Positions 13,723 through 27,359 of a stretch of DNA of 64,000 nucleotides are shown here, one piece after another. The notes beneath the pieces were generated by a model, which did not search any database, was not told where the DNA came from, and saw only the letters and a list, made by a program, of their open reading frames with translations. The translations under genes were made by a program, and so were the position numbers. The stretch is from Octopus vulgaris (taxonomy: Eukaryota). Position 1 is the stretch's first letter, and every line of letters begins with the position of its first letter. The stretch spans positions 45,818,001-45,882,000 of the forward strand of contig OX597823.1 in NCBI GenBank assembly GCA_951406725.2, written 5' to 3'.

Positions 13723-14278
13723 CAGGTAGGTATACATGAGCAAAAACATAGATAAACGTAAACATACATAAACATATTTAAGCATAGATAAGTCTACGTA
13801 AACATACATATACATAAAATGCAAAAAAATGTATATAAACATAAAGAAATAAATACATATATAAACAAAAACAAAAATAGACATAAAGCATAAGCGTTAA
13901 CAAATAGAAAATATTGAAGGATATTCGGAAAAATACAGAGGTTGTTAATATTTCATTTGGAGAAATCTAAAAAGTGAGAAATCAAAGTAATGAAATTCAC
14001 AAAAAAACATATTGTTGCTGATTAAATTAAGAATATTTTTTGCGAACTTAAAATGATTTAAAAACTTTAAAAAATCATTTGAAAAATAAAAATAAATTTA
14101 TTTTGAAAGCGAAATTAGCGAAGTGTAGTAATTAAATAAAAGAGATAAATAAATCTAATTACATAGCTTGTTCAAGTAATTCAAACAAGAACCTTGACAA
14201 GTTGATAAATAAATATGTAAATGGAATGGATAGGTAAACATAATTACAATTAGGGAGAAAAAGAAAGAGAGTGAGAGT

Positions 14279-14323
<45 letters not shown>

Positions 14324-14515
14324 GAATTATAGAAAATAGAATGCATAAAATGAAATGATGCTGTAAAACTAAAATATATGTGCAAAGGAAAACAAGAGAA
14401 AGGATAGACGGCACAATTATTCCTACAATGCACAGACTAATAACGAATGGTAAGAGAGGGAAAGGGACCAAGAAAAGAAGTGATAAAAAGTGAAAACAAA
14501 GTGTATTATCAGTAT

Positions 14516-14944
14516 AGGCGTAGGCGTGGCTGTGTGGTAAGTAGCTTGCTTACGAACCACATAGTTCCGGGTTCAGCCCCACTGCGTGGCACCTTGGGAA
14601 AATGTCTTCTATTATGGCCTCGGGCCGACCAAAGCCTTGTGAGTGGATTTGGTAGACGGAAACTGAAAGAAGCCCGTCGTATATATCTATCTATCTCTCT
14701 CTCTATATATATATATGTATATGTGTGTATATGTTTGTGTGTCTGTGTTTGTCCCCTCGACATCGGTTGACAACCGATGCTGGTGTGTTTACGTCCCCAT
14801 AACTTAGCGGTTCGGCAAAAGAGACCGATAGAATAAAGACTAGGCTTACAAAGAATAAGTCCTGGGGTCGATTTGCTCGACTAAAGGCGGTGCTCCAGCA
14901 TGGCCGCAGTCAAATGACTGAAACAAGTAAAAGAGTAAAAGAGT
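14516..14944 (+). mobile_element. Full-length tRNA-derived SINE family B with internal TA/TG microsatellite
   Basis: A-box-like TGGCTGTGTGG, B-box-like GGTTCAGCCCC, CCTTGGG(C/A)AA body, (GTAAAAGA)n tail; several other copies in the window. Confidence 0.9.
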
Positions 14945-15013
14945 ATAATGATAATAAGATTTAAAGCTGTCTTTGTAGTATTTTGAACATAGAAACACAC
15001 TTTGAATGATATT

Positions 15014-15233
15014 CTTTTCTTTTCTACTCTACTCTAGACACAAGGCCCGAAATTTGTTTGTGGTGGATCAGTCGATTAGATCGACCCCAGTACTGGTACT
15101 TAATTTATCGACCCCGAAAGGATGCAAAGCAATGTCGACCTCAGCGGAATTTGAACTCAGAACGTAGCGGCAGACGAAATATCTCTAAAGCATTTCAGCC
15201 GGCGTGCTAATGATTTCTGCCAGCCCACCGCCA
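15014..15233 (-). mobile_element. SINE family A copy
   Basis: Family A block with head ending CCAGCCCACCGCC. Confidence 0.85.
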
Positions 15234-16528
15234 TAAATTTTGAATGCTATTAAAAGTCGACATGTTGCGCAATGTTTCAATAAGTCGTTGTTAGGATATT
15301 TTATTGTTTAATCCTTTGCTAGGCCGAATTAAGAAGGAATTTCATCCAGTCTTTATTTCAGCTTCATGTTTATCGGTTTACATTAATGTATCTTTTCTAT
15401 TATTTTAATAGGGTGAGCTTGTGATTGAAGAGGAAATTTGCCAGTTATTTCTTGTAGGTCGACAACAGCAAGGATGCTTAACCGTAGAACCTTCAATAAG
15501 AATGGAAATGAAACATAGGACTGCTTTGTTTTCCTTTTCGTCAAATAAACTATTCTTTACTACAATCACAGAACAGAAATTAGATTTAAAAAGGTGAAAC
15601 TATTGAACGAAAGTTAATTTGTGGACTCAAGGATTACACCCTATTAACTTGCAGGCTTACATTGCCGGTTTCAATTATCTGGTTTATTTAATCCACCGTG
15701 TTCAATAAATGGCCGTTTGTTGTAACAAGTGATAAAAAAAGCAGGCTGTATTTCAAATATATTGTTTATGGATCGCTGTTTTAGAGGAAAATACTTTTGG
15801 TATAATGGAATCTACTTAATTTGATCACTATAGAAACACGGTACTTTTGGTGATGTTTCATTAGGCATATCATGCCAATGTTTTCTCTGAAGAATCTACA
15901 AGTTTGTTTTCCGCTATGAGCAACATGTCTTAGACAAATCATTTCTTACATCATGCACCTTTTAGAGAGACAACAGAGCAAGAAAAAACACAAGAAGATG
16001 ATGACGAGGAAAAGGAGGAAGAGGAGGAGAAGGAGGAGAAGGAGATGTGGATACTGTTAGAGCGAAAGGCTAATCAGTTATAAAGGATTAATGAAAGTCG
16101 CCTACTTTAAGGTTATTATATAGTTTAATTATAATTACATGAACATATGGTAGCTGCTCGAAGTACAGAGAAGGATAAAAGTTAGACTATTTAATATTTA
16201 GAGTTGAAATGACCGATTACTCCTTTAAGACGATGCCTCTTCTTGACTGAAACTAGTACAAGAGTAAAGTAGTATACTTCATGAGAGTGAAAAATCGCTC
16301 GATGGCAGGGGTTCGCTCCCATGCTTGCAATATATCGGACACAGGTTGTGTCGTTAACCAGCTGGATGTGTTCTCCTGAGGTTAAAAAACAGTAGTAACA
16401 TCGTTCCGTACGGAACAGCTATGTTGAAGTAGTAACAAATATTATTTATCAGTAGAGTTACTACTTGCATCTATTACAGCGATTTTAGAACTAGCTAATT
16501 CGTATATATATATATATGTCATCTTGTT

Positions 16529-16885
16529 TAAGTGAAGGCGCATGGCTAAGTGAAGGCGCATGGCTCAGTGGTTAGAGCGTCGAGCTTACGATCGTGAGGT
16601 TGTGAGCTCGAATCCCGGACCGGGCTGCGTGTTGTGTTCTTGAGCAAGGCACTTTATTTCACGTTGCTCCAGTTCACTCAGCTGTAGAAATGAGTTGCGA
16701 CGTCACTGGTGCCAAGCTGTATCGACCTTTGTCTTTCCCTGGATAACACTGGTGGCGTGGAGAGGGGAGGCTGGTATGCATGGGCGACTGCTGGTCTTCC
16801 ATAAACAACCTTGCCCGGACTTGTGTCTAGGAGGGTAACTTTCTAGGTGCAATCCCATGGTCATTCATGACCGAAGGGGGTCTTT
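16529..16885 (+). mobile_element. tRNA-derived SINE family C, with an 18-bp duplication at its 5' end
   Basis: GGCGCATGGCTCAGTGGTTAGAGCG (A box), GAGCTCGAATCCC (B-box-like), GTTGTGTTCTTGAGCAAGGCACTTT (V/CORE-like body). Confidence 0.85.
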
Positions 16886-18008
16886 CTTCTTCTTCTTTCA
16901 TCTTGTTTATGTTACTGTGAATTGGTGGTTGAACAAAAGTCGACAGAATAAGTACCAAACTTCAGAAAAAAAAGTACTGCGGTCGATCTGTCTGATTAAA
17001 CCCCTTCAAACCAGTTCCCCAGTGTGGAGCGGTCCAATGGCCGAAACAATTAGAAGATGGGAGATTTGATAAAATTGGTGATAAGAATAGCCCAGTTAAC
17101 CTTCAATCTCCCAATATTTTCTTCTATGTCAATGAAAGTAACCATAATGTCTTGAAATGCTGTTTTAGAAGAAGCACTTCTGCGAATGCGCTCTTTAACA
17201 GAGATGTGCAGTGTTATATGAAGAACGTTACTGATATAGAATCATTCACAATCGTATTAAATGCACCGCCAGCTCAGTATGTGTGTGTTTGTGAGTATAC
17301 GTGCTCACGATGTGTGTGTGTCTATCTGTGTGCTAAATTAGTTACAATCGTATGTGTGCACTCCGACCTTGTTGTGTTTGTGCGTGTGTGTGTGAGTGTG
17401 TGTTAAATTAGATAGTCGGTGTGCATATGTATTCATTACCGTATGTTGAGCGATCCCTAGGGAAGGCCTAGACTGAACCTTGTATATATGTTGTCACTCC
17501 ATACGGATCACCTTATAGATTACAACAGTGATTCTATAATTCTGTCTGCAAACTACGGTAGTTTAGAAAAAGGTTAGGTGGTGGTGGTGGTGGTGGAGAG
17601 TGTTAACATTTTATTGGGATCTGGAATAAATTATAGTCAATGTAAACAGTTATCAATAGAAATAATTGTTAGTTTCCTTACCGTGTCTGAGACTTCCGAC
17701 ATCCCAAAGGCGGCTTTTTCTTTCGTCTCTCCGGGACCGAAAAAAAGATGTGCTAAACTAAGTATTTGGATGTAACCCTCTATCCCACTAACTGTCACAT
17801 TTTTTAATGTCGGCTGAGTCACGGGATCGAGACTTAATGGGTGTTGATATCTGGTTACCTATACACGGCTATCTACCTGATGTGACGTTTACGTTTACTT
17901 ATTAATTTACCCATTATTTAAATTTCAGTTGAGAAAAAATTAAAGGCGATGGTGAAGGCAAAAGGTAGCCATTTTGAATTATAAATATGCGTAATATTTT
18001 ATTATTCA

Positions 18009-18185
18009 TCTTTTATTTGTTTCGGTCACTAGACTGCGGCAATGCTGGAGCACTGTCCTGAAGAATTCTAGTCGACTGAATCAAGATAAGTACTTATTTT
18101 TTTTAAAAGCCTGATAAGTTACAGGCATGTAAATACACTAACATCGGTAGTCAAGTGATGGTAAGGGATAAACACAAACACAAAG

Positions 18186-18234
<49 letters not shown>

Positions 18235-18397
18235 CGACGGGCTTCTTTCAGTTTCTGTCTACCAAATCCACTCATAAGGCTTTGGTTGGTCCGAAGCTAT
18301 TGTAGAAATACTTGCCCAAGGTGACACGCAGTGGGACCGAACCCGAAACCATGTGGTTAGGAAGCAAGCTTCTTACCACATATCCACGCCTGCGCCT
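18009..18397 (-). mobile_element. SINE family B copy
   Basis: Reverse-complement match to 14516-14944. Confidence 0.85.
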
Positions 18398-20139
18398 ATA
18401 TATTGTGGATAAATATAACAATCATTCTGTAAAGTTTCATTAACTAAAATCTAAAACATTTATTGCTATACTTGAGGAAGGTCATATTTTGCTAATTAAA
18501 CACATGCACTATAGCTTTAATATTATTCACTTCAGCTTTATTATTATCATTTTTTTAAATGATAATGAGTACGAGAGTCACGCTATACTCAAAGCGATTA
18601 ATGATTCGACTGGAAGATCGAAACCGAACTATACACTATTTTATAGCAGTTTTATCACTGAAACCTTTCTTCAGGCACCTTAGGAACTTTTTATCGTCTT
18701 TTTCTTTACACTGATAGAATTACACAAAATTGGTTATGTAAAGCTTTTGAAGATAACAGGAAATTAACCCCCAGCATCCAATACTAAGCGAATCTTTTGA
18801 TAATTTCTTTTCATCATTAAGATTTCAATTGAATCTAACAAGCTTGAGATAACCCGGGAACATATAAATAATCCCATTAATTTTACCAATGCCTTTTCAG
18901 ATTATGGAAAACTTCTTTAGCTTTAAACATTTTTCAGATAAGCAGATTGATAGAGGATTTATCATTACATACTAATTAATTTATTGTCGAACCCAGTTGC
19001 TAAACGTATTCATCAAATAATTATCAGAATGATAGATACGTTTTGAAGAAAGTTGAATATATTTAATTTGATTTTTAAGATGAACTAAAACTATAAGAAT
19101 ATCACTTGTCAAAACTTGTATTGGTGAATGGTGCCTGTTGAACGTATTTGTGCATGTGAAAGATATTATTGTATGTAGGTGAATCGCCTTGTGCACGTGT
19201 GTGTATGTATTTGTTTTCGATTTTAATGACACCAATAATAATAATTTTATATTTAACACCTCGCAGGGTTACAGTTTTAGGGAAGATAGAAAGGATGTGA
19301 TGTTCGTAGTTTTGGGAACGCTATTAATGCGAGTTAAAGTGATGTTGTTTCAAATCAGAAGCGAGACTGGTTCACAAAGTTTGAGGCCTTATTTGAAGGA
19401 GTTCGTCACATTTTAGTTAAAATACGAGCTTTTTTCTTAAGGATAAATATTAATATTCAATAAACATTACCAGTATTTAGTGCTATAAAATAATAGGAAC
19501 CCCTATGTGGACACTTGACCTGCTAGAATATGCAGACAAATAATTTTCAAATTACATCACACATCTTTAAAGCAGGATACACTGGTTATAATATTCATGC
19601 GCACATGATATAATATGCACAAAAATAAAACATTATATCATAATCAGAATGCGCTTCATCATAACCTTGCTGAACAAATGCTACATAAAATCATCAATGC
19701 AAGGCTGACCCTGGCAGTACTCCAGTGTAGAGGAATGGTGTAAGTAGAGTTGTAAAATAATGTACCATATAAGATAATTAAAGCCACAAAGTAGTGGCAA
19801 GATAACTGCACAAACACTGGAAACGAAGAAGCTGCACAACAGATGTTGTTATAATTCTTTAACTATAAACCAGACCTAATTAAGCGGACCTGTAATGAAG
19901 GCATATCTGTTGAGATAATCCGTCGTTTACAGGACTGGATTATGTAATATTTCCTTTATTTATTTTATACTGTGATTAGAAGGAGGTTTTGTTGCCATTT
20001 CTAGCTTATCAACTGAGCTTGTAGGGTCTCCCTCACATGACTGAGACAACGTAACACAATTTTTAAATAAAACTAATGATATTTCTGTCTATTACGGATG
20101 TGATTTTAATTAATTTTTGACATATCTACACTTTTAATT

Positions 20140-21780
20140 AATTTTTGACAAATCTACACAATCACCCACCTTCAGTATTAAAATGTTTAGCAAAAAGTGT
20201 GTCGAATAGAATTTCCAGGCTCTCTGCAAGTGAAGCAATATTTAATTCACATGCTGTTTATTTCAATGCAGCATTGACCAGTGCTGGATACAATGGGAAA
20301 AAAATATATACACCTAACAATAGAATAGCTAACCAATATGAATATGAAAATAGTGAAAAAAATCAACATGTATAGAGGTAGGTGTGCTAGTGTACATAAA
20401 GAATATGCAAATTTTAGGGTTAGGTTCATGGAAGAGAAAGGTATAAACTTAACAAAACAAATTAATGGAATAAAAATAAATACAAATAGTAATAGATATC
20501 GAAGGGGTAATATTGTTAATAGAAATATAAGAGCATCCTTTAATTTCAATCTGGATAACTCTACCAAGCACTTTAACCATTACATTAAACCTAATAATAA
20601 ATCTAATAAATTTGGTAGAGAATTTTCTTCGCATTAGATCGACATTTCCCTAAATGAAGTAGATACTATAAATTTTTTAACAGGCATATGATGAAACTGT
20701 CCTATGCAAAGTCAAATGTCCTCGAATAATATATTCATAAACTTAACAATAGGAAGCAGAATCTAGTAATCACAAATCCTAAAAATATCGTCCAGAATAG
20801 AGTTGATCAAGAAAGTAGGGAAAACTATAATAGTGGCGGGCAAAATAATGGTAGTCCAGTTGATATAAGCGGAAATATCAAATTTTGCTGACATAATATG
20901 GGTAACAACAAGAATGAAAAAGTATTAATATCAATAACTGTGAGAGTGACAGTGATGGGTACAATGAAAATAAAAATAACAATGGTACAATAACAACACC
21001 ACTAGTTAGAAAGACATGGAAACAAATACGACAAGGGCTAGCCTGACTCCAAATAGTGATATAAAAATGCAACTGTAGAGATAAGAAAACATATCATCTG
21101 TCAAACGAGTTCTTATGTAAAAACATTATACACAGATATATTGTAAGAACAAGTGCACATGGATTGCATAATTTGGTGCAACGACCGATAGCAACAAGAA
21201 TCACTATAAGGACCATGCAACATAATTTAGAAACAACTGCAAGAGGAAATGCACATCACTCGTGGAACTTATATGGGAACTCAAACAAAAAAAAAACGAT
21301 ACAATACAGCACAATTTGGAGAGTGGTACGAAATGCCTGTCCGTATAGCGCATACTCAAAAGCACGTAACTTTTTCCTTGAAGAGACACTAGAAATAATA
21401 TTACGCACCCAGAAATTATTTTAAAATGTACTCATAGAATTAAAAGCTCGTTTCTGTAGTTTCGAAAGAATATGTGATGTTTAAAGTTATATCAATACTT
21501 CATTTACGCAAAAATATTATAGGAGAAAATCAATGGGAAACTATTGGTGGATGCAGTAGTGCTCTCGAACCCATTCAGTTGAAAACGTGCAGGATCACAG
21601 TTATTATTGGATCATATCAATGCAACAATGTATAAAACATGTGAAATTCTAATCAATTACCTGCTGATAATGGTTCGCTGAAACAATTGTAGTGATTTGG
21701 ATTAAAATCATTTCATTCTATCTTCTTATATTGTATTCTTTTTGTATGAATTCTGCAGATATTAATTGATTTCCACGTGT
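20140..21780 (+). mobile_element. Penelope-like element relic (RT thumb/linker, GIY-YIG, terminal region)
   Basis: NHPPSVLKCL...RISRLS...F...YFNAAL..AGY; D.HFP...KIFNR..MKLSY; CNCR.K; frameshifted GIY-YIG; hammerhead relic downstream. Confidence 0.8.
21655..21697 (+). ncRNA. Degenerate minimal type-I hammerhead ribozyme at the end of the Penelope relic
   Basis: AATTAC|CTGCTGA|TAATGGTTCGCT|GAAA|CAATTG|TA|GTGATT; palindromic stem III, stem II lost. Confidence 0.55.
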
Positions 21781-21950
21781 ATATACAATGAAAAGAGAAA
21801 TCCGATTGTATGATAGCATATTGTTGTAGATACCCGTACAGGAGCTTTGTAAAGCATGCAATAAGTTATTTCTTAGATGATATTAAATACACTTAGATAT
21901 ATGTATGTATCTCCAAATACCCGAGTAAACATTCATAAATATTTACGTAC

Positions 21951-22128
21951 AGGCGCAGGAGTGACTGTGTGGAGGCGCAGGAGCGGCTGTGTTGTAAGTA
22001 GCTTGCTAACCAACCACATGGTTCCGGGTTCAGTCCCACTGCGTGGCACCTTGGGCAAGTGTCTTCTGCTATAGCCCCGGGCCGAGTGAGTGGATTTGGT
22101 AGACGGAAACTGAAAGAAGCCTGTCGTA

Positions 22129-22207
<79 letters not shown>

Positions 22208-22417
22208 TTGTGTGTCTGTGTTTGTCCCTCTAGCAATGCTTGACAACCGATGCTGGTGTGTTTACGTACCCGTCACTTAGCGGTTCGGCAAAAGAGACCG
22301 ATAGAATAAGTACTGGGCTTACAAAGAATAAGTTCCGGGGTCGATTTGCTCGACTAAAGGCGGTGCTCCAGCATGGCCGCAGTCAAATGACTGAAACAAG
22401 TAAAAGAGTAAAAGAGT
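21951..22417 (+). mobile_element. SINE family B copy with a 22-bp 5' duplication
   Basis: Colinear with 14516-14944. Confidence 0.9.
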
Positions 22418-22626
22418 ACATGCACAGAAGAATATTCAACTTGTAATATTAAAGAAAGCAGTATTGTAGAATGCAACGTTTATTATATGACGAAATGGTC
22501 TAAGCAAGTTATTGAATTACCAGGTTATTTTCAAAAGACATGGATTCTCTCCCCTTCGTAACTAATGCTGGGAGTAAATGAAGCCATCAAGTTATGAGAA
22601 AATGGTGATTCATTATTGTACTTCTG

Positions 22627-22750
22627 AAGGCGGTGAGCTGGCAGAATATATAAGCACGCCGTCGATACAATCAATACCAGTTGAGCTCTGGAGTCGATAT
22701 AATCGACTAGCCCCCAGCTTAAAAAATGCCAGGACTCGTGCATACTGCAG
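22627..22750 (+). mobile_element. Internally deleted SINE family A copy
   Basis: GGCGGTGAGCTGGCAGAAT head joined to GTCGATA..TACCAG..GTCGATATAATCGAC. Confidence 0.65.
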
Positions 22751-23442
22751 GAAAGGTTATTGGGGCTTTCGACAGTTATAGTTTCTCCAAAGAGGAGAAA
22801 AGTTGAAACAATAAGAGTGAAGAATTATTATAAATTTATTTTAAATGTTTTGAGGATTGGCTTGTAAATAGAATATGCATCAGGTTTCATGCAAGTACTG
22901 TGTACGCATACACACGAATGGAGATATATGAACCTTTTTTATGCACTACGATGCGAAAATGAATTCTTGTTGAATGTTACCATATTTTGCCCTTCGTATT
23001 ACAGAGAGTACATATATCTCAAAATTAATACAGATATTGCGAGAAATTACATACACACATTGTTTATACACGGATATATGAACACCATAAGAAGTGTGCA
23101 GTTGGGTTGTTCCACATATATTTTTTAGCCGAATGTATGCTTGAGAGAAGTATTAAATGCATTCCTTTGCACTAATTTGGATGTGTTACGTTATTAGATC
23201 ACTCCATTTTATGCATTTCGGATAACTTTATTAAGTATTAATGGTAGAAAATTTAAGGTGGAAGTTATGAGCAGTCCCTTCTATATTAAAACGATATATG
23301 TATATGTTACTCTCTCTCTCTCTATATATATATATATATGTAAACACATACGTGTGAATGCATTTATGTATGCATGGACATATACATACAAACATATATG
23401 GTATATAATATATGCATATAGTATATACGTATGTATATATAT

Positions 23443-23790
23443 TCTTTTATTTCTTTTAGTCATTTGACTGCGGCCATGCTGGAGTACCGCCTTTAGTTGA
23501 GCAAATCGACCCCAGGACTTATTCTTTGTAATCCTAGAACTTAATTGATCAGTTTCTTTTGCCGAGTCACTAAGTTACAGGGAGATAAACACACCAGCAT
23601 CGGTTGTCAAGCGATGTTGGACACCCCCCAACACACACATATATACTTACGACGGGATACTATAATTTTCCGTCTACCAAATCCACTCACAAGGCTTTGA
23701 TCGGCCTGAGGCTATAGTAGAAGACACTTGCCCAAGGTACTACGTAGTGGGGCTGAACCCGGAACCATGTGGTTGGTAAGTAAGCTACTT
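23443..23790 (-). mobile_element. SINE family B copy (5'-truncated)
   Basis: Reverse-complement match to family B. Confidence 0.85.
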
Positions 23791-24724
23791 TTATTCATTA
23801 AATTTGATATGTAGGCAGCACATAGATAAGGTAGCTTGGCGGGCTGCACACATACATTGATGAGGTGAATGATTATGATACAAAAACGATAAAGTTGGGA
23901 GAAGACAGAAAGCACTTGCTTCTCTAAAACATTGTGCTTTAAAAACGCATATACAGAGGTATTAAACCTCTTACAATTCAAAATACAAAAAGATATTTGA
24001 ACTAAAAGGTCCATACAATTATAAAACACAATTTATACATAAATTGGAGGCGATAAACCTCTACAATCTTTGCAATTTGCAATTTGCAGGCACTCCTGCC
24101 ACCGCAATCCGCGGCTCCAAAAAAGAATTCGATAATTTTCGTTTTTACATGAGTCAATTATGAGATCTCAGTACTTTCTTTCCAGCACCAGACCAGCCAC
24201 CTGCGGAGGTCACTCTGGGCTGTCAATACAAGTCGGTTCCCCCAGGACCCGACTATCCATATCATTCTCCATGAAACTGTCAATAGCCCCTCACCTGAAA
24301 TAGAAGAACATATATTCTTCACCACTTTCACTGGGAGGGGCCTCAACTCTCTCGCTCGGTGGCACATATCCCACTAACGAGGTTATTTTCTCCCCCGAAG
24401 GGGTTTTGAGACATGCCGTCGCCGGCAATGCCCCGCTTTTCTTCTTTCTCTTCTTTTTTCCTTTTACGACGGGAGGGTGGAGTTCCTCCGATATCTCCGG
24501 AGGATCCTCCCTCCCCCCTCCGTCTCAGGATCCATCGGTGGGCAACCATTGTTGCCCACCCTCTTTCTTTCCTTCCCCTTTGTTTTCGAGGAGGTTACCT
24601 CCTCTTCGACTTTTTCCTCTACTGGGGAGAGCAGGGGACACCTTTTCAATTAACTGTTCAATTAACCTTCGCCTGAGCCCCTAGAAAAGTCATTAATCAT
24701 TTTTACCCTTTATTATAATATATA

Positions 24725-24937
24725 ATCGGTGGACCCTCGCAGTTGTCGAGTGGTACCCGCGCGAGCGGAAACGACTACCCTGAAGGCCTCCACGACGGTG
24801 GAGTTACTATTTCAGGATGACGATTGGGATCACGTGGATGAGAAAGGTGCGATCCAGAGAGGAGTGGACAGTGTGCTATGACCAGCGGTGTCAAATGGAC
24901 GCCCGACGGACTGGTCGGTCAAGGTGATCAAGGTGAT
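24725..24937 (+). mobile_element. 3' end of an RTE-clade LINE
   Basis: Translates WTLAVVEWYPRERKRLP*RPPRRW..F...[15 protein letters not shown] (RTE C-terminal pattern); tandem TCAAGGTGA tail, then (TA)n. Confidence 0.75.
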
Positions 24938-25067
24938 ATATACATATATATATATACATATATATATATACATATATATATACACACACACACATATATA
25001 TGTGTGTGTGTGTGGATATATACATATACATGTATATATATTTGTATATGGACATATGTGTATATAT

Positions 25068-25153
<86 letters not shown>

Positions 25154-25156
<3 letters not shown>

Positions 25157-26029
25157 AGCAATATTGTTTTCTTCATTGCTATCTTCACTCTTTGAGAAAA
25201 ATATTAAGAATGATCTCGTTTGAGATTACAAACATCTTTGGCTAGTTTAACCGTGTTGTGTCCACTATTTTGATTGGTTAGCATCTAAGCGCTGTCTGTC
25301 TCTCTATTTACTTCGCGCCAGTGTGTAAACTGACCGATCACGACTTTCGGATAGGACTTTCCATTTGAGCCAACTTAACTCTTTAAATAGGCTGATATAT
25401 CACGATTCACTGTCTTTTGGCTTAAGACCTTTTAAGGTCTTAGTCGGAGACCACACAGAGCATACTCAACCATGTTCCAGTTCGAAAGGCAGACGACAAC
25501 CAAGCAAAACATAATATGAAGACGCTATGGTAAACCAAGCGACAGACATAACGTCATCACCAACATCGTCTCTATCTACGAAGATTTAACTTGTACACAA
25601 GATAACTACAGATTCAACTCATGCTGTTAGTGTGAAAATCTCACCACGGAAAAACAGTTGCAGTATATATATCTGAAAGAATATCTATATCAAGAGAAAA
25701 ATAAGCTCAACAAGTAACTCAACTAATCTCAGCTCCGAGACTCAAACCTTGTATAGAACTCATTATCGTGTACTACATGAACTGGTAAAATAACTCTTAA
25801 GTAACTTCATTTAAACTCAAAATGTTGAGACTTCTCTCATGCTCTGTTGTATTTGCTTAAACCTTATTTCTGTACTTTTGTCGCACACACGAACACACAG
25901 ACACAAATATATTAAGTAGGCATTCATGACACAACATTACGCTAATAAAAACAAATCACTTTGTACACTGTGAAATAAATATTTCTTCTCTTTATAAAAG
26001 TAGAACGGTTTTTGGTGTTCCTTTATACA
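25154..26029 (+). mobile_element. Possible solo LTR
   Basis: TGTAG...ATACA termini; internal ATTGG, TTTAAATA and AATAAA in LTR-like order; no TSD found. Confidence 0.3.
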
Positions 26030-26168
26030 TTTACTTTGGCACTGTATATTAAATATGTATTATGGCTTATATAACATTAAGTTATGTTATGTTGGGATGC
26101 GGCCTGACGCTGTTGAACAAGAGGAGAAAATATGTCACCGAAACTCCCTCTCGTGCGGTCGTATTCTA

Positions 26169-26230
<62 letters not shown>

Positions 26231-26711
26231 TATACACACGCACACACACGTACACACACACATATTCTACATAGACATTTTTCACAATCTGAGCTACAGT
26301 GCAGTGTCTAATATATATTCATAACAACCAGGAGTTTTCAGAATTTTAGAAGGTTTATGTTAGCAGTTGAGGAAATGAGACTTGTTTTACGTTGCGAATT
26401 AAACGTCTTTCACCAAGAAACAGAATACAGCTGCAAGGCATATCGCAGCGTGTTTGTCTTTAGTGTTAGTGAAAGTTAGGGAATTAAATTGTCTCGTCAG
26501 ATATGTCTCATAGAAATAAGTATTGAGTGGGATTTTTCAGCTGATGAAATTGTCCAGATAAGAGAGATACATGCATTGATATATGTGTGTGTGTGTGCGT
26601 GGCTTGCTTGCGTTTGTGTGTACGTGACGTGCATGCGTGTGTATGTGCATGTGCGCGCGCGCGCGTGTGTGTGTGTGTGTATGTACGTGAGTTTGTGTGT
26701 ATGTGTATGTG

Positions 26712-27260
26712 TGAGGACGCTTGGCCTAATGGTTAGGGTGTTGCCCTTCACGATCGCAGGACCATAGTTTCGATTTCCATGTCGGCGGTGCATCATGTTG
26801 TTCAGTAAAACACATTATTTTGACGTTGCTTTATTTCTATTCAACTGTAAATGGTAATCCAACCCTGCGACGGACTGGCTTTCCGTTAAAGAGGAATGTT
26901 GGCCTGCACACGTAGCCACCAGGGTAATGTGGCCAGCGGTGTGTAACAACATCTGCTCGATGCCCTAAATATATATATGTATATATATATATATATATAT
27001 ATCAATGAGGGCGCAGGCCTAGAACTACGACGTTGTAGTCACGATCGCTAGATGGTGCGTGATTTCAGTTCCTAGCCCGGATGATGCGTTCAGTTCTTGA
27101 CCAAAACTTTTCATCTCGCGTTGCTCTGCGATTACTTCGCTACTTAACGCGTGGAATGCAGAGCACCGGGTCAGACAACGCCGATTTGATGTAAAAAATG
27201 AGCTAATGTACAGCAGGAACATTTGATCACTACAAACAACTCATTTTGTGCAGGTCGTTG
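26712..27260 (+). mobile_element. Two degenerate tRNA-headed SINEs (family C-like)
   Basis: TGGCCTAATGGTTAGGGTG...CACGATCGC..GTTTCGATTTCC; second head at ~27005. Confidence 0.55.
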
Positions 27261-27359
27261 GGCAAAAACTGAAGGCTCTTACATCGTTATTATCTCCCTT
27301 ACCTTCAGCCTCTTTCTTCTGGCCATTTCATCATGTCGAACTGTTATTCGCATTTTCCC

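Noticed and set aside
16550-16630. tRNA-like sequence
   Set aside because: Continues directly into a SINE body and lacks a proper acceptor stem; a SINE head, not a tRNA gene
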